Origin: Syncephalis fuscata S228
Taxonomy: Eukaryota; Fungi; Zoopagomycota
Direction of reading: 5' to 3'
Length of the DNA: 64,000 nt
Assembly: GCA_025786725.1 (NCBI GenBank)
Contig: JAHLTZ010000010.1
Span: 124,001 to 188,000, forward strand
The translations under genes and the position numbers were made by a program. The notes under the pieces were generated by a model that saw nothing but the letters and a program-made list of their open reading frames with translations, searched no databases and was not told the DNA's origin. Below are positions 12,928 through 27,172 of this stretch, one piece after another. Positions within the stretch are counted from its first letter, which is position 1, and each line of letters opens with the position of its first letter.

Positions 12928-13683
12928 ACCTAACTCAATTATTGCCAAATGTCCAACTAAGCAATACTATAGTAAAAGCTAGCCCGAATACGATCCCGTG
13001 CGTAACGAATCCAATAGCCAAACCAATAACACGTATAGATTGAATCGATAAAAGGACACTCGCTAATCAATCGCGCGCGATTAAGTAAAAGAAAAAGTCA
13101 ATACGGCTTCAACTAAACCACATTTACAGCAAATAGCAATCTAAATTCAGCCAATCGCTTCTCGTAATGCTTATTCCTCAACAACCGTCTCTCACTCATT
13201 CATTCACTCACTCGCTCTCACTACTTTATTATATCAAAAGAGGTCAAGTGCCACGGCAAACGAGCGGTCGGTGCCACTGTGTTTCTTTCTCCCTTCTCAT
13301 TATCCCCTGGTTGCTTTCCCTCGCTGAACTGGGCAACTAAAAGTTTGAACGCGTCTTTAGACTGCTTATGCTGGCTAGCACGTCGCTTGATTGTCATTTG
13401 CCAGTCGTGTGTTTAAGGTTGCCACGGGCATATATCCCGGTCGGGCCTGTAAAAGCTGCTCATTATAGCAAGGTTAGTGGAGATGAGAGACACCACCGTC
13501 ATTACTCGGTAGATACCGGCCATTTTTAATATAGATAGTCAGATGTTGCTGGCTTATTTATAAATAAACTCTATATAAATAGTAAAGGGACTAGAGTTTA
13601 AATTCCAAGATCTACTTACTGACTATATTAATTTTATTATTGCTTTATTATTGTTGGAATAAAAATATTATAGATAATTGGTC

Positions 13684-15857
13684 ATGCTACCATCGTATCC
13701 TACTAGCCATCGCCATTTAAATAGCCATAGCAATAACAGTAGCACTATTACTCATAGCCATTTAGTATCGAATAACGGCCAAACTTTACAGCCTTTTCGT
13801 TCACTACCACCACACACATCGACCCATACCTCTACCAATACTAACCATACTAGCCATACCACTACCAGTGCTGTCCACACTAACACTACGCGTACCACCA
13901 CGCCACTTCCTAGCATGTCTTCTCTTCACTATACAAGTGGAGATCTAAATCCACCCCACGCACTATCACATCATCCTTCATCGGTACCTGTCTCCACACC
14001 TGCCTCAGCAACAACAGCTTCTTCCGTCCCACGTTACACCGAATCGTCAGGATCTAATGCAGTTTATACTTCCTCTAACACTGCATCACACACTGCACAT
14101 CACCACACACAACAACAACAGCCACCACCACATCATCATCACAGCCATCCACCACATCATCATGCACATACACACCATCAAGCATCACAGTCACAGCAAC
14201 CGCCTCCCCATCCTTCTTCTTCTTCAACTGCTTATACAACTGGCAATAACAGTGGTAATACCACAGTAAATAGTAGTAATAGTGGATATCCATCTACTTT
14301 GCCTTCACATCATTCAGATATGCATATGCATTCGCATTCGCATTCACGATCTCATTCTATTTCGCATGGATACCTTCCGCCAAATACTCAAAACAATTCA
14401 GGCCCTATAGCCCAATCTCCGATACAAGAACGCTGGTACACATCTGGCTATGGATCTTATGGATATCCACATCCTCATATGGCACCACCTAGTGCGTCTA
14501 TTCCTGGTCACCCATCTTCTATACGCGAGGATGGATATCCATATGAAATGGGTGCAGGTCCCAATGTGTCAAGTCGTTTAGAACCTGTACGTGGACACCG
14601 AGCAACTACGGCCACACCTCATGGTATACCACAAGAAATGCCACTATCGACACCAAATAATACAGATCCATATCAACAATCACAGCAACAACATTATCAC
14701 CACCACCATCACCATCATCATTTACCGCCACCATCTCAATCACATCAAACGCAACAACAACAGCAACAGCAACAGCACCAGCAGCAACAGTCATCAATGC
14801 CACATCAAATGGCTCATCAAGGACATGCTATGCATCCAAGTAGTAATGTTGTTATGGTTGATCATCCACAGCATCACCACCACCATCAACAGCAGCAGCA
14901 GCAACAACAGCAACAACAACAGCATCACCATCGAAGACTTTCGGTAACCAATGAAATGGCCCGTAATCCTGTAGATATCATGGAAGGCATTTCAGATGGT
15001 AATATTACAATTTATTAATGGGTAGTTGTTTTAAGACTAAGTTGCTTATTAGATGAATCGGGAAAAACAGAAAATAAGCGTGATCGTCGGCGTAGAATTA
15101 TCCATGAACACCTTACGCGTCTTTATACATCATTTATGGATAATAAGGAACAGTAAGTAATATAGGTGTTGTTAATTAACATTGTTAACATAATCAATAG
15201 TATTTATCACGAAAAGAGTATGCAATATAAGACAGAATTGCGTAAATTACTCGACGGTAAGTTAAAAGAAAGCAATATAAATACAAATATATGTTATATT
15301 AATTAATTCATTATTAAATAACAGGTACACATGATGAATTTCAAGAAAAATTAAGTGAATTGGCACGTCAAAGAGACGAATCTATTGAGTGTGCAGAATT
15401 ACTACGTGATTATCAATTACAGACGGCAGAACAATTATATGCCATTGAAAGTGAACAGGCAGAAACTGAATATCAGGCAAGTAGCAATTTAATAGATAAA
15501 TTATATATTAATTTATTAGTTTGTTATTAGAAAGATCTTGATGAACTACGAGACCGCCTATTACAAGATTTAGAAGAAAGACGACGAAAGCTACGAGAAG
15601 AGAAAGATGCCATGGATGTCAATGTTGATTTGCCTTATGATGCTTATGGTATGAGTTCTACACGGGCTCATAATACACGGGCTCTACGAAAGAAGGGACA
15701 AACACGTGCCGCAACTACTGAACAAAAGGCCCGACGAGGTCCACGTCCTCAACTAACACCATTAAACTTCCCGGCCACTCCTTCCGATATAGAAGATGAT
15801 TTACTGGCCATTCAACGTGGTATTGGCAGTAAAAAATCTAAACCACGAAAGTTTTAA
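13684..15857 (+). CDS. Sds3-like (Sin3/Rpd3L HDAC subunit) protein with a long His/Gln/Ser-rich N-terminus
   Basis: Spliced C-terminal exons: KRDRRRRIIHEHL..F...KEHIYHEK..ELRKLLDGTHDEFQEKL..RDESI..AELLRDYQ..LRDRLLQDLEERRRKLREEKDAMDV, the Sds3-family coiled coil. Confidence 0.82.
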
Positions 15858-16099
15858 CTGTTAAGTTTGTATTGGCGCCTTATTTCGGTATTATTGAATT
15901 ATTTCATATGAAAAATAAATTAGTTACAACTTTTAAAAAGCTATTTTACTCCAAGTAGAGTAATAGCAATGTGTTACATATCTTATTTAGTTTATTGCCT
16001 AAATAATAAATAAATAAACATATTACAGTTAGTTACATCTAACACAGCTACATTGACACTGTTCATTTTACCAATAATATTGGTGATTTATTACGACTA

Positions 16100-18155
16100 T
16101 TCTCAATACATTAATATTAAACAGTTCATTAATAGTTTAATGTAATTTGATGTTAAATGACTAAATTTATTAACATCCAATCTATTGAACATAATGCTGG
16201 GTGATGAGTGACGTCATGGATCAAATACTCATTAATTTATTATCCAGCATGCGTATATCCTCTATTCACCTATATCGTTAACAATGTATGTCTATACTAT
16301 TATATATCATTCTATGCTATACTGAATACATCATATTGTTATAGATTCCAATTACATGTAGTTTGCTAAATGAATGAGGCGAATGAGTTGAGATTTATTA
16401 ATAATAAAGCTAGAACAAAAGGACAACTGTAATAGGTGGCGCATATTTATTAGACAATAGAATAGCGTACAATACAATGAACATATAATATTGAATGATG
16501 ATTAGCCTTATTGGGCTAATGAGCATATATGCATGATCAATAAGCAGAATTAGTTAAGATTTGTTAATAGTAAAGTAGAACAAAAATAAAAATAGTTTTG
16601 GATAGAGAAAGACTATACGAGTATAGAATGATATGAATAAAATGAATATACAATGCAAATAATACGACAAGTAGTATTAAAGTTATGGTGCATATAACGA
16701 AATCAGTGAGTGAGCATTTGCGCTAAGCATTATGCGCCAGTATTTGCGCTAAGCATTATGTGCCAGCATTTGTGCTAAGCATTATGTGCCAGCATTTGTG
16801 CTAAGCATTATGTGCCAGCATTTGCGCTAAGCATTATGTGTCAGCATTTGTGCTAAGCATTATGTGCCAGCATTTGCGCTAAGCATTATGTGCCAGCATT
16901 TGCGCTAAGCATTATGTGTCCAGCATTTGCGCTAAGCATTATGTGCCAGCATTTGTGCTAAGCATTATGTGCAGCATTTGTGCTAAGCATTATGTGCCAG
17001 CATTTGTGCTAAGCATTATGTGCCAGCATTTGTGCTAAGCATTATGTGCCAGCATTTGTGCTAAGCATTATGTGCCAGCATTTGTGCTAAGCATTATGTG
17101 CCAGCATTTGTGCTAAGCATTATGTGCCAGCATTTGTGCTAAGCATTATGTGCCAGCATTTGGCTAAGCATTATGTGCCAGCATTTGCGCTAAGCATTAT
17201 GTGCCAGCATTTGCGCTAAGCATTATGTGCCAGCATTTGCGCTAAGCATTATGTGCCAGCATTTGCGCTAAGCATTATGTGCCAGCATTTGCGCTAAGCA
17301 TTATGTGCCAGCATTTGCGCTAAGCATTATGTGCCAGCATTTGCGCTAAGCATTATGTGCCAGCATTTGTGCTAAGCATTTTTCATGCAACTAACTACAT
17401 ATCCGTTTTATTAAACATGAAACTGAATGCTGAATAGTATCAATCATTAAAATATTTATTATAGTATATTCATTATCTAGTACGCATATATCATCATTAC
17501 AGTACTATCTTATTGCTGTTTACGCTGTTTTATCTTTAGCTTTTTTCTCTATTTGCATACTCATTAATCCATCATGTTTCTATTTCACTTAAACTTGATA
17601 TTGCCATGCATACCCACCACTCTGCTCTACTAGCATCAAAGCCATAGCTGATTTGCATTAGCTGATTTGCCTACCAGATAGTTACACGGTACATATATGC
17701 ATGAGTAAGTAAACAAAATAGTTTAAATTTTTTAGTAATCAAACTAGTATTAAACAAACAGCAATTTCAAATAATAAGTTAATACTATATGATAAAATAA
17801 TATAAAGTAGAATAAATACATGATGGACAAGTATAAATAACGCTGTTAAAGTTATAATGCATATAGCATAATGAGTGAACAGATTGAAGTTTATTAAAGC
17901 ATATAAACAATATAATGTAGCCAATATATTATAGAGTGGTATATAGTAGTGTAGGATATAATGGTGTGATATATATAGAAAATATATGCATACTGGATAA
18001 AAAATCTAGTATGATGAGTATTTGATGACTGATATCACTTACCATCCAGGTCTATCTTCAATAAAACAAGTCTGTAGTTCAACTGCGTAAATACAATCAA
18101 GTTTAGCTATTTGATCCCTAAATCATATTAAATGATTAGTAAATTGTTTATTGTA
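16100..18155. mobile_element. ~2-kb long-TIR fold-back element (same family as 5583-6313) enclosing a minisatellite
   Basis: 16183 tattgaacataatgctgggtgatgagtgacgtcatggatcaaatactcat matches the reverse complement ending at 18063, tattgaagatagacctggatggtaagtgatatcagtcatcaaatactcat. Arms ~240 bp; no transposase ORF. Confidence 0.7.
16713..17380. repeat. Tandem array of ~25.5 x 26-bp unit AGCATTTGYGCTA-AGCATTATGTGCC
   Basis: Directly visible; no spacers; main variation is GCGC/GTGC. Confidence 0.97.
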
Positions 18156-18662
18156 AAAATATTATCTTTATTTAATTATCAAATAGGATGATATATACAA
18201 TATAATAATACAAACTATAAATCAAATGGCATTATACATATAAATATTATAAACAGATTAAGGTACCGATGGAAAGGTTGCTCAAGTGTGGAATACAAGA
18301 AAGAATAAAGTCAATAGCATAAAATGAAGTATAAATATAGCACATGTCATTAATAAAGTATTGTGCATAAAAGAAAAATAAATAACAAGCAATAAACAAG
18401 TGTAAAACTCAAATTCCACTTGTCACTTTTAATTGCACGATTTAAAAATTTAATTATTTAAATTATTTAAACTATTTTAATATTACTAAAAATACCACCT
18501 GCCTCCTTACTTTTTGCTATTACACTAATATTATTGTTAGTAGTATTATAGTACTATTACAAGTGCTATATTATTATTTTTATTAGTAGTAGCAGTATCT
18601 TTATCATTTTATCATAGCATTAGTATTATATTATCTTTATTGTTACTGTCACCACCATTGCT

Positions 18663-21309
18663 ATGATCTTCAGTATCCGCTTTCAAATACAGCGGGTCAT
18701 AGAGTTACGCCGGTTACAGTATCGGCACCTATGCGTACGCTTGGGTCGCTTTGCCGTAACACGTAGTCTAGCACCAGGTGGCTTTCTATATTATGGTAGC
18801 CAGAATACAACTATAGTAACAGGATTAGCCCAGTGTACGGAAGATCAAGCGGTTAAAGCAGTACACTCGGTCGCCGTAACAAGCCGCGCTCCTGAATTTG
18901 GCACTATAGAATGGATTCACCGGCGCGGCCTACCTTTATGGCAACGTCTAACCAAAGCTAGCCTATTTCTACGCGATCACGTCACGATCGATTAAGCCGT
19001 TCTAGGCCAACAGCGCACTACCATTACAGCAATAGTAGCAACCAACGTATTGCTACATTAATGAATCGGTCACGACACTCATACGACCAGCCACTATTAT
19101 CGATACAGCGGCGATGGAGCAGTAACAAGGCGACCAATTCAACGACAGGTCCTAGTTATCATGGCTCAGTCAAACTGTTATTACCGCCATCGCCGCCGGT
19201 ACCTTCTCGACGCGATATGCTTAAAGATGTTCATGGCTTTTTTCCACGAGCTTATGCTCATATAAAATACACGTTAATGAAACGACACCGGCCGTGGAGT
19301 GCTGATGATATATTAGCACTATTTAGCTGGATATTTATGTCCAATGCAGCATTTATTTTGGTGGGAACCACTACATTTGCCAGTCTATTATTGGCACTGG
19401 CCAATAGTCTACAGATTCAAGAGTTTATTGCTCAAAGAGTAGGCGAATATCTTACTTATGAGACAGGTGTACAATTTGTATTTGAATCAGCCATTGTACC
19501 TAATTGGCGAGATGGTAAAATACGATTAAGGAATGTTATATTAACACGAGGACCACAAAAATGTCCATTAGTCGATTCTACAACATCGAACGAAGTACTG
19601 AATGGAGGAAATGGACCAATAGCACATCTACTGCTGCTGCTGCATCTAACACTACTACCACCAATTCTATGTCTATAGCCGATGCCGAGGAAAGGGCCAT
19701 ACGCATTACTAACACTACGACAACCTCTCCCGTCTCAAGTCTTGACCGTGAAACAAGTTACGGTATTGTTGTGGCCAGTCCACTTGAAATGGAAACCGAT
19801 ACAAGTGAGACAGTAAAATGGGACACGAATTTAACAATGTTCCATTTGGCAGTAGATCAAGTAGAAGTAACATTAAATATGATGAGATGGTTTGATGGTA
19901 AGTGAATAGATTAATAGCATAAACACGGTATTTATAATTAATGTAGGTAAAGGATTACTTGAACATGTTAATATCAGTGGTGTTCGTGGCGTCATTGGTA
20001 GGTATTAGTATTAATAATATAGCAAGTTATTTATAAAGGTATTAGATCGTAGTCATGTCTTTTGGGATTCAGATGTGCCGTATATTCCATCTGAAAGTCG
20101 TCATATTAGTCAACCAGGTGACTTTGAACTCAACTCATTCTCCGTCAATGATTTACTTGTCACTGTAATTCAACCAGGTGGATTCAGGCCATTTAAAGTA
20201 TCGGTTATATCAGGCCATGCATCTAGACTAAGAAAGCGATGGCTTTTCTACGATCTACTTTCAGCTGATTCGGTGGTGGGTGTATTTGATGATTGTTTAT
20301 TTAGTATGCATCGAGCACAACGACCAGCCATTATGCCCGATTCATCATTAGTGAATTCATTAATTGCCAGCAACAACAATAGTAATATTAACAACAGCAA
20401 TGGTAGTGGTAAACAAACAGAACAGCGTATGGTAAGATAAAGTGTTATATTATTACTATTAAAATACTAATTAATTTATTTGCAATATTATAGTCTGAAT
20501 TACGTGTTGATGGTATTAATATTGATCATTTAAATGCTGGCGTTACCGGTCCATTTGGTTGGATTACTTCAGCTACCGTTGATTTATCGGCTCATATTAC
20601 ATTTCCGACCGAGCCTGAGGATGATTTACTAGCTCAACTATTAACTGAATGGGTGGAGCGTGTTGATGCTATGGCGGCTGCTCGTCGACACATTGGCGCC
20701 TTTCACGATGACTTGGTAGCTACAATTATTCGATCTACAACAACTAAAGAATCGATTAAAGAGTCGGCGCTTGTATCAACGGCTGATACAGCAACTGAAT
20801 CCACTACTGAATCAATTGCAGATACATCAATCGACACAACATCCAAAGTAATTATTGATTTAAGTGTTCGATTCAACAATGTAAAGGCTTCTGTTCCACT
20901 GGTGGCTGAAGATCTATCCTATTTAAATAATGCGTTAATTCGCCCTGTAGTTGCCTATATGAATTGGCATCGTACATGTATCCCAGTAAGATGCTCCATT
21001 GGTATCGATTTAGTAAGTGTAAATAATAGATTGGATAACGGTATCATTAATTAACCTATTAATCAAATATAGAATGAATTTGATGGCGCATGGACTGTTT
21101 ATGAAGCCGGTCTAGTGGATATTGTCTCCGAACATGTTGGCCGGGCACTAGTGCAACTAACAACCGATGAACGAGAACGTAATCGCCGTCTTAAACGTGT
21201 AGGCCTGTGGGGATTACAAAGTGTTACTCGCAATTTAATCAGTGTCGTTGACTATGCCCGTGGCGCTAAAGGTTTTTGGGAATACACTGGACTGGTTGGT
21301 TCAAACTAG
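18663..21309 (+). CDS. MDM31: Mitochondrial distribution and morphology protein Mdm31/32; two apparent -1 frameshifts
   Basis: RPWSADDILALFSW..VGTTTFASL..VFESAIVPNWRDGKIRLRNV, GDFELNSF, LRKRWLFYDLLSA, GVFDDCLFS, DHLNAGVTGPFGWI, NNALIRPVVAYMN, RRLKRVGLW. Confidence 0.92.
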
Positions 21310-21411
21310 TCATTTATTCCGTTTAAAAGTCGATGGATGGATCAACAACATCATTTATGTAATTTTAGGAAATAAAATCCAATGATCATTAATGCAAACG
21401 TTTATTCAATT

Positions 21412-24065
21412 TTACTCTTTGTTTGTTTCGTCAATCTCTTCCGTTACAGTAATTGATTGTTGCTGTTGCTGTTGCTGTTGCTGTTGTTCTTGAGCGTGCA
21501 ATTTACTTAAATTAAATTGAAACGCTGGTGATGTATCTTGTCGCATCAATTCTCTTAGAGCCATAGTGGCATATTGTCCAGCGGTAAGTGTCAAGGCTAG
21601 TCGAATAGCCAAGTATTTGCCTGTATCTGAATGAATATTTGGCTTATTTTGTAATTTGTCTAAATCCGATAAAGTTAATGGAGCAGTTGGATCATCATAA
21701 CGTAGTAATTCCCTAATATAACATAATTAATATCAATATGTTTATTATTATCTAACAACAATAAATACCATCGTAAATCGCGTGGAATAGCAAATACACG
21801 ACGATAACTACCAGGTAAAGAAATAAAACTATATACACACAATAGTAATTAGTATTATATATTGAATCATTAATGACTTACTCTACTTTACGTTCCATAT
21901 TAAGTGGATCCAATCCATCTTTTTCCATTAATGTTGTAATAAATTGACCAATCTCATTGGATGGATATTCAATATGATGACCAGGCAAAGGCAACACAAT
22001 ATCTTTTGTAGTATAAAGATGAATATTTTCTGCCGTAATAGTCACTACAGATTGAATACGATCACCGTGATTTGTATCTTCATCGGCTTTATCAGCCAGT
22101 GTCTCTTCATTTCCTGCCAACTCCTCCTCATCATTGGTACGATCTGCTTCAACGGCCAAATCACCAATGACTGGTTTTAATCCATAGCGTTTAATACGCT
22201 CAGTGGCCGCACAATTCCACACATAGGACTGGTAACTATGAGCATAAAGCTTACGCATATTAATGGGCATCTAATTAAATCAGCAATTAATACAATTTAA
22301 TACAATTTAATACAGCGTATCAAATACTTACGGCCATGACTGCTCCATAATAATCATTACAATTCCCTTCTTTACGGGAGAAATAGTTAAGAATAGCCCG
22401 TTCGGCTACACAATGATTTGGAAATAGTTTAGCGGCAGCAGCTGGATCGCCGTGCTCTTTCCAGTGTTCTCTAGCTTGTGCATGTCGACTATTCTCTAGA
22501 TTTATACTATATTAGCTGTTATTAATCCTATTTCCATATCTAGTTACCTTGTCCAATGACGGTATCTGGTGTTAATAATAAAGTAACGGCACTTTCCCAA
22601 TCGGCTCTTAACATACAAGCACCAATCTTTTGTGTTGATACTGTGCCTGTGCCAAATCTTTGAGTACCTGTATACTAGATGATTACTAAACTTGTTATAG
22701 TTAATGGAAATACCGACCATAATAATTGATAAAGCCATAATCTCTTAATGAAACTAAAGAAGCAACAAGATCTTCTTCAGAACACCCTTTGACATCACTA
22801 CAAATCATTATATTATAGATACTATTTATATTCTAGTTAATTAACTTACCGAAGTACAATAACAAAACGATTACCGCCCAAATCACCTAGTCGTAATGGT
22901 GCCTTAACATAACTATACTATATCAATCACTATTACTAATCACCAATCATTGTAGTTACCTAAAATTACCAACACGCACTGGTGCCCGATTTTGATTTAC
23001 TTGTAATAATCGATCAGCAGTAACTTTATGGGCCGTTACACGCTGCACCGTTACAGCTTGTCGGTCTTTTGTACCAGCATATGAAAATGTTCTTGAATTA
23101 AGTCTAATCAAGATAGTTTATCAGAGATTAGACATTCATGGTATATATACAAATATATACATATATATATTACCTAGTGACACGAGATATATGCTCAATG
23201 GCATCCATTGTATCCTTTCCTTCTTTATATAAAAGAAATTGACAATATAGACCAGGCATATCATCCCACGATACAGGCAAGTCACTATCTCTACCACGAC
23301 CACGATACCACCACGTATATCCTTTGCTTTAACATTAAAGAGTGAACGAATACGAATATATCCATCAATAGTATCAGATACGGCATCTTTGCCTAAATGT
23401 TCACGAATCAATTGATGCGCAGTGGCTCGAGCAGCTTTATCCTCCACTGCCTATTATAACGTATATTATATGTTATATCTATGATATATACCATTTAACT
23501 AATAACAACTTACAGGTGCCAATACTTCTGTCGGTTCCTTTCCTTTACTCTCCACCATAGATCGTAGCTGTTCGCTTGCTTCAATGCCAATATAAGCACC
23601 CAATTGTTTATAGACATCAACCGGTTCTTTCTCTTTCTCCTTTATTGACGATTAGCTAGCGATATTAAACAATAGTCTACACTTGCTTTGTCATCCAATA
23701 ATTCCGATTCAGTAGTTGTTTTAGACGTCTTTTTAGTATCCGGTAAAGCCATACTGGTTAAATGGACCGGTTGATCCTCGTTATCAATTTCAAATACCAT
23801 AAAATCATAGGTTCTTTATCAAGTCAGAATAGAGTTTATTACAACAATTACTACTATAAACACACCTATGTTTAATAATAGCCGAGAACCCAGGCGCATC
23901 TTTTTTAATATAAGCAACAATACCGGCATTAATTTCACGGGTCAGTCCTGATAGTTCAGTAGCTACCGTAGTGGCCACTAAACTCTCCTCTGGACGACTA
24001 CGCTTATGTTCTATCGATTCTGACGCATCAAGCGTTCGTTTAACAGAAGCTGCACTATCACTCAT
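21412..24065 (-). CDS. PUS7: Pseudouridine synthase Pus7 (TruD family), many exons
   Basis: FSYAGTKDRQAVTVQ (catalytic GTKD), LRLGDLGGNRF, GFINYYG.QRFG, LYAHSYQSYVWN, DIVLPLPG, GQYATMALRELM. Confidence 0.93.
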
Positions 24066-24317
24066 GGCAGGAATAACACAAATAGAACTCTACTTGTTAA
24101 ATCAACAACACAGCGTCTTTACCGTTTAACAATAAAAAAGAAAGAATCGCAAGTGGAGAAAGAGAGAAAAATCTATTCTTTTTCCATTCCTGGCTTCTTT
24201 ATCCTTCATCGAGCTCAATTCAAACGCTCTTTTCTCGCTCCACTCTTTGTATCATTGAATTCTTATACGCGCCCTTGCGTGTGCCTTCTATTGCTGTAGC
24301 AAAGTCTAGTAATTAAC

Positions 24318-24999
24318 ATGGCGGTTCCCAAACGTATTATAAAGGTAGACAAATATAATGAGTCGTCACATCGTAATAATATTGATGACGCACCGTCTCT
24401 CTAATAACCACAGGAGATTGAACGTCTAACTATCGATCCAGCTCCAGGCATTACTGCTCAGCATCATGACGATAATCTGCGCTATTTTGATGTCATCATA
24501 ACTGGACCAAGTCAATCTCCATTTGAAGGTAACTAGAGTTGTATTGTTGCCACTAGGCACACTACAGGTGTTGACGTGTAGATAGGTGGTAAATTTAAGC
24601 TTGAATTGTTTTTACCTGAAGAATATCCAATGGCTGCACCAAAAGTACGGTTCCTTACGCGCATCTATCATCCAAATATTGATAAACTAGGACGTATTTG
24701 TCTAGATATTCTAAAAGGTAAACGCTGTTGTATGTTATCATGTCTACTAACACCAGTATCTATAGACAAATGGTCACCTGCATTGCAGATCCGCACAGTA
24801 TTGCTCTCTATTCAGGCCTTGCTGTCTGCTCCTAATCCAGATGATCCTTTGGCGAATGATGTGGCACAGAACTGGAAAGAGAATGAACAAGCGGCAATTG
24901 CTACTGGTAAGTATATATAGATATATAGTACATGGATATATCATAATTAACCTATTCGATATAGCGATAGAATGGACTCAAAAGTATGCACAGGACTAG
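24318..24999 (+). CDS. UBC13: Ubiquitin-conjugating enzyme Ubc13/UBE2N, 5 exons
   Basis: [69 protein letters not shown]. Confidence 0.96.
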
Positions 25000-25333
25000 A
25001 CGATATATTACTTATTAAACACTCTACCTGAACTCGACTGTGCTTAATGTCTTTGGATACTATTAAGACTGCTACGTTATATCATTATATAACACTTAGG
25101 AATGCCTACTATCATTTGTCTCGTCAATAAATGCTTTTATAATAATGATAATAATAGTATATAACAATATATGATATGATATAATATGTATATACAAATA
25201 TATATATGTACAGTTTATTGTAATCAATAATAGCTGAGTTTATTTAATAGATATGCCGCAATTACCCGTTCATTTTCTCAGTCTAGTCATTATTATTATT
25301 ATCCTTATTATTATTTCAAACTTCTTTCCGAAT

Positions 25334-25676
25334 ATGCATCCTCACGTCTATGAACACAAGAATCCAGATTGTGCAGACCTGATCCGCCAACTTGAGGAAT
25401 GTCACGCCGGTGGTATATGGTCTAAACTGACTAATCAATGCAGTGGTCTTAAAGACGCGTTGAATTCCTGTTTAACGACTGAGGTAAGTAGCTATCAACA
25501 TACAATAATATACTAGACAAGTAATCAACGTGTAATATTATTTATTTATATATGTATATCTATATGTGCATATATAGTTTAGTAAGAATCGACAAGCCAA
25601 TACAGATACGGCCAAGGAACGTAGAAAACGAGTACAAGAACTATGGAAAGAACTAGACGATGATAAAGATAATTAG
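25334..25676 (+). CDS. CMC2: Twin CX9C mitochondrial COX assembly protein Cmc2-like, 2 exons
   Basis: MHPHV..C-x9-C H..C-x9-C L..NR...AKERRKRV. Confidence 0.82.
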
Positions 25677-25927
25677 CGTTGAATAAATAAACCATTCAGT
25701 AATTAATTAACATAATAATATGACGTTTACTATAATTGTCTATATAGTTATAGGATTATATTTATTTATTACTAATTAAATAAAAATACGAGTGTTTTAC
25801 GAAAGACTAAAAGAAAGAAAAGAAAAAGAAACAAAAATACTAATAAAAGCATTTGTTTAACCGCACAGAATTGCCATCAATATAAAGAGAAGCTCGTTCA
25901 AAACATAAAATAGATTTATAGTGTTGC

Positions 25928-26994
25928 CTACATTCGATGCTCTCGTGCCCGATGTAATTGTGCCAACATGGCATTGAATGTAACATAAGGAGAATTGGGT
26001 GTAAGCATATGTTGATGTTCTGAAGATGATCTGGATACATTTGAAGAAGATAAAGATACTGAACTTGTAGTAGTTGTAGTCGTTGTAGTCGTTATGCCAA
26101 GATGATGATTTTCATTTAATTCATGTGTAGTTTCTATTGACTGTGACCGAAGTCGACGTGTCCAATGAGCATCGTGTAGAATACGATTAGAAGTAGCATA
26201 GACTTGCTGCCAGGCCGTTTGAGCTGTATCATCTAATTCTGATGCCAATTGTTGAGGCTCCCAAGTATGAAACGCTTCATCATAATGTTGCTGCTGCCGT
26301 TGTTGTTGTTGTTGTTGATACTCCTGAGGTTCATGGCTATTATGATGGTTGTCATGGTGTAATGGTAATCCTGTGGGTCCTTCATGTTCATTGTGTCCCT
26401 CATCGTTATAAGCAATAGATGCATAAACAAGTTGGTTAGCTGGCTCAGACACCACCATAGATGGCAATGTTTCTGGCCAATCTGTAGGTGTTACAGGTTC
26501 TGAAGAAGCAGCCGAAGAAAGAAGCAATCTAATAGCGTGCTTATTAATTAAACAAAGCAATAAAGCGTATGTATATTTACTTACTCAGACTCCGATACTG
26601 CATCATAAAAAACACCTGAAAGCTCAGTTAAACGCGGTCGTTTTCTATGTTTAATCTTTGCCGATTGCGTTCTATACACTTCATTGGTGCTAATACTATC
26701 CATCATAGTATTGGTGGGATAGTCAGTCGTATCAAGCTCGGAAATAGAATCATGTTGATCGCGCATCCGCTTCCCGGTTATTGGCGTGGTTGTGATAGCA
26801 GCAGTAGTAGTAGTAGTAGTAGTAGTATTGGCTGCTGTTGTTGTTGCTGCTAAAGACGAAGCCGCATGACTATGCTCACCTGTAGTGGTTGTTGGACTAA
26901 CGGTAGAGAATCGTGGTCGATCGTCGACATCCATACAATAATCAGATGTCCAACCTGCTTTAGCGTGTTCTTCCCAAGGCCAGGACGTGGCCAT
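25928..26994 (-). CDS. Low-complexity protein with NLS-like motif and a conserved-looking C-terminal helix, 2 exons
   Basis: Two long ORFs joined by an intron near 26512-26590. KHRKRPRL; C-terminus SPYVTFNAMLAQLHRAREHRM. Confidence 0.6.
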
Positions 26995-27172
26995 GGTTCA
27001 GTTCATATGACAAGGGGCAAGAAGTGGAAAAGTGGAAAATAGACACCCAATGGATGGGCCCACCAATGTACTAGATATTAATAGTAAGCGTGAATAAATG
27101 AGTGAGTGAGTGAGCAACAATAAGTTAAGTAAAATAAAATGGTCTTATTATTAGCCAAAGGGAGCTATTGTA

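Noticed and set aside
16713-17380. CRISPR array or telomeric repeat
   Set aside because: Units are contiguous with no unique spacers, no cas genes, eukaryotic context; not G-strand biased and internal.
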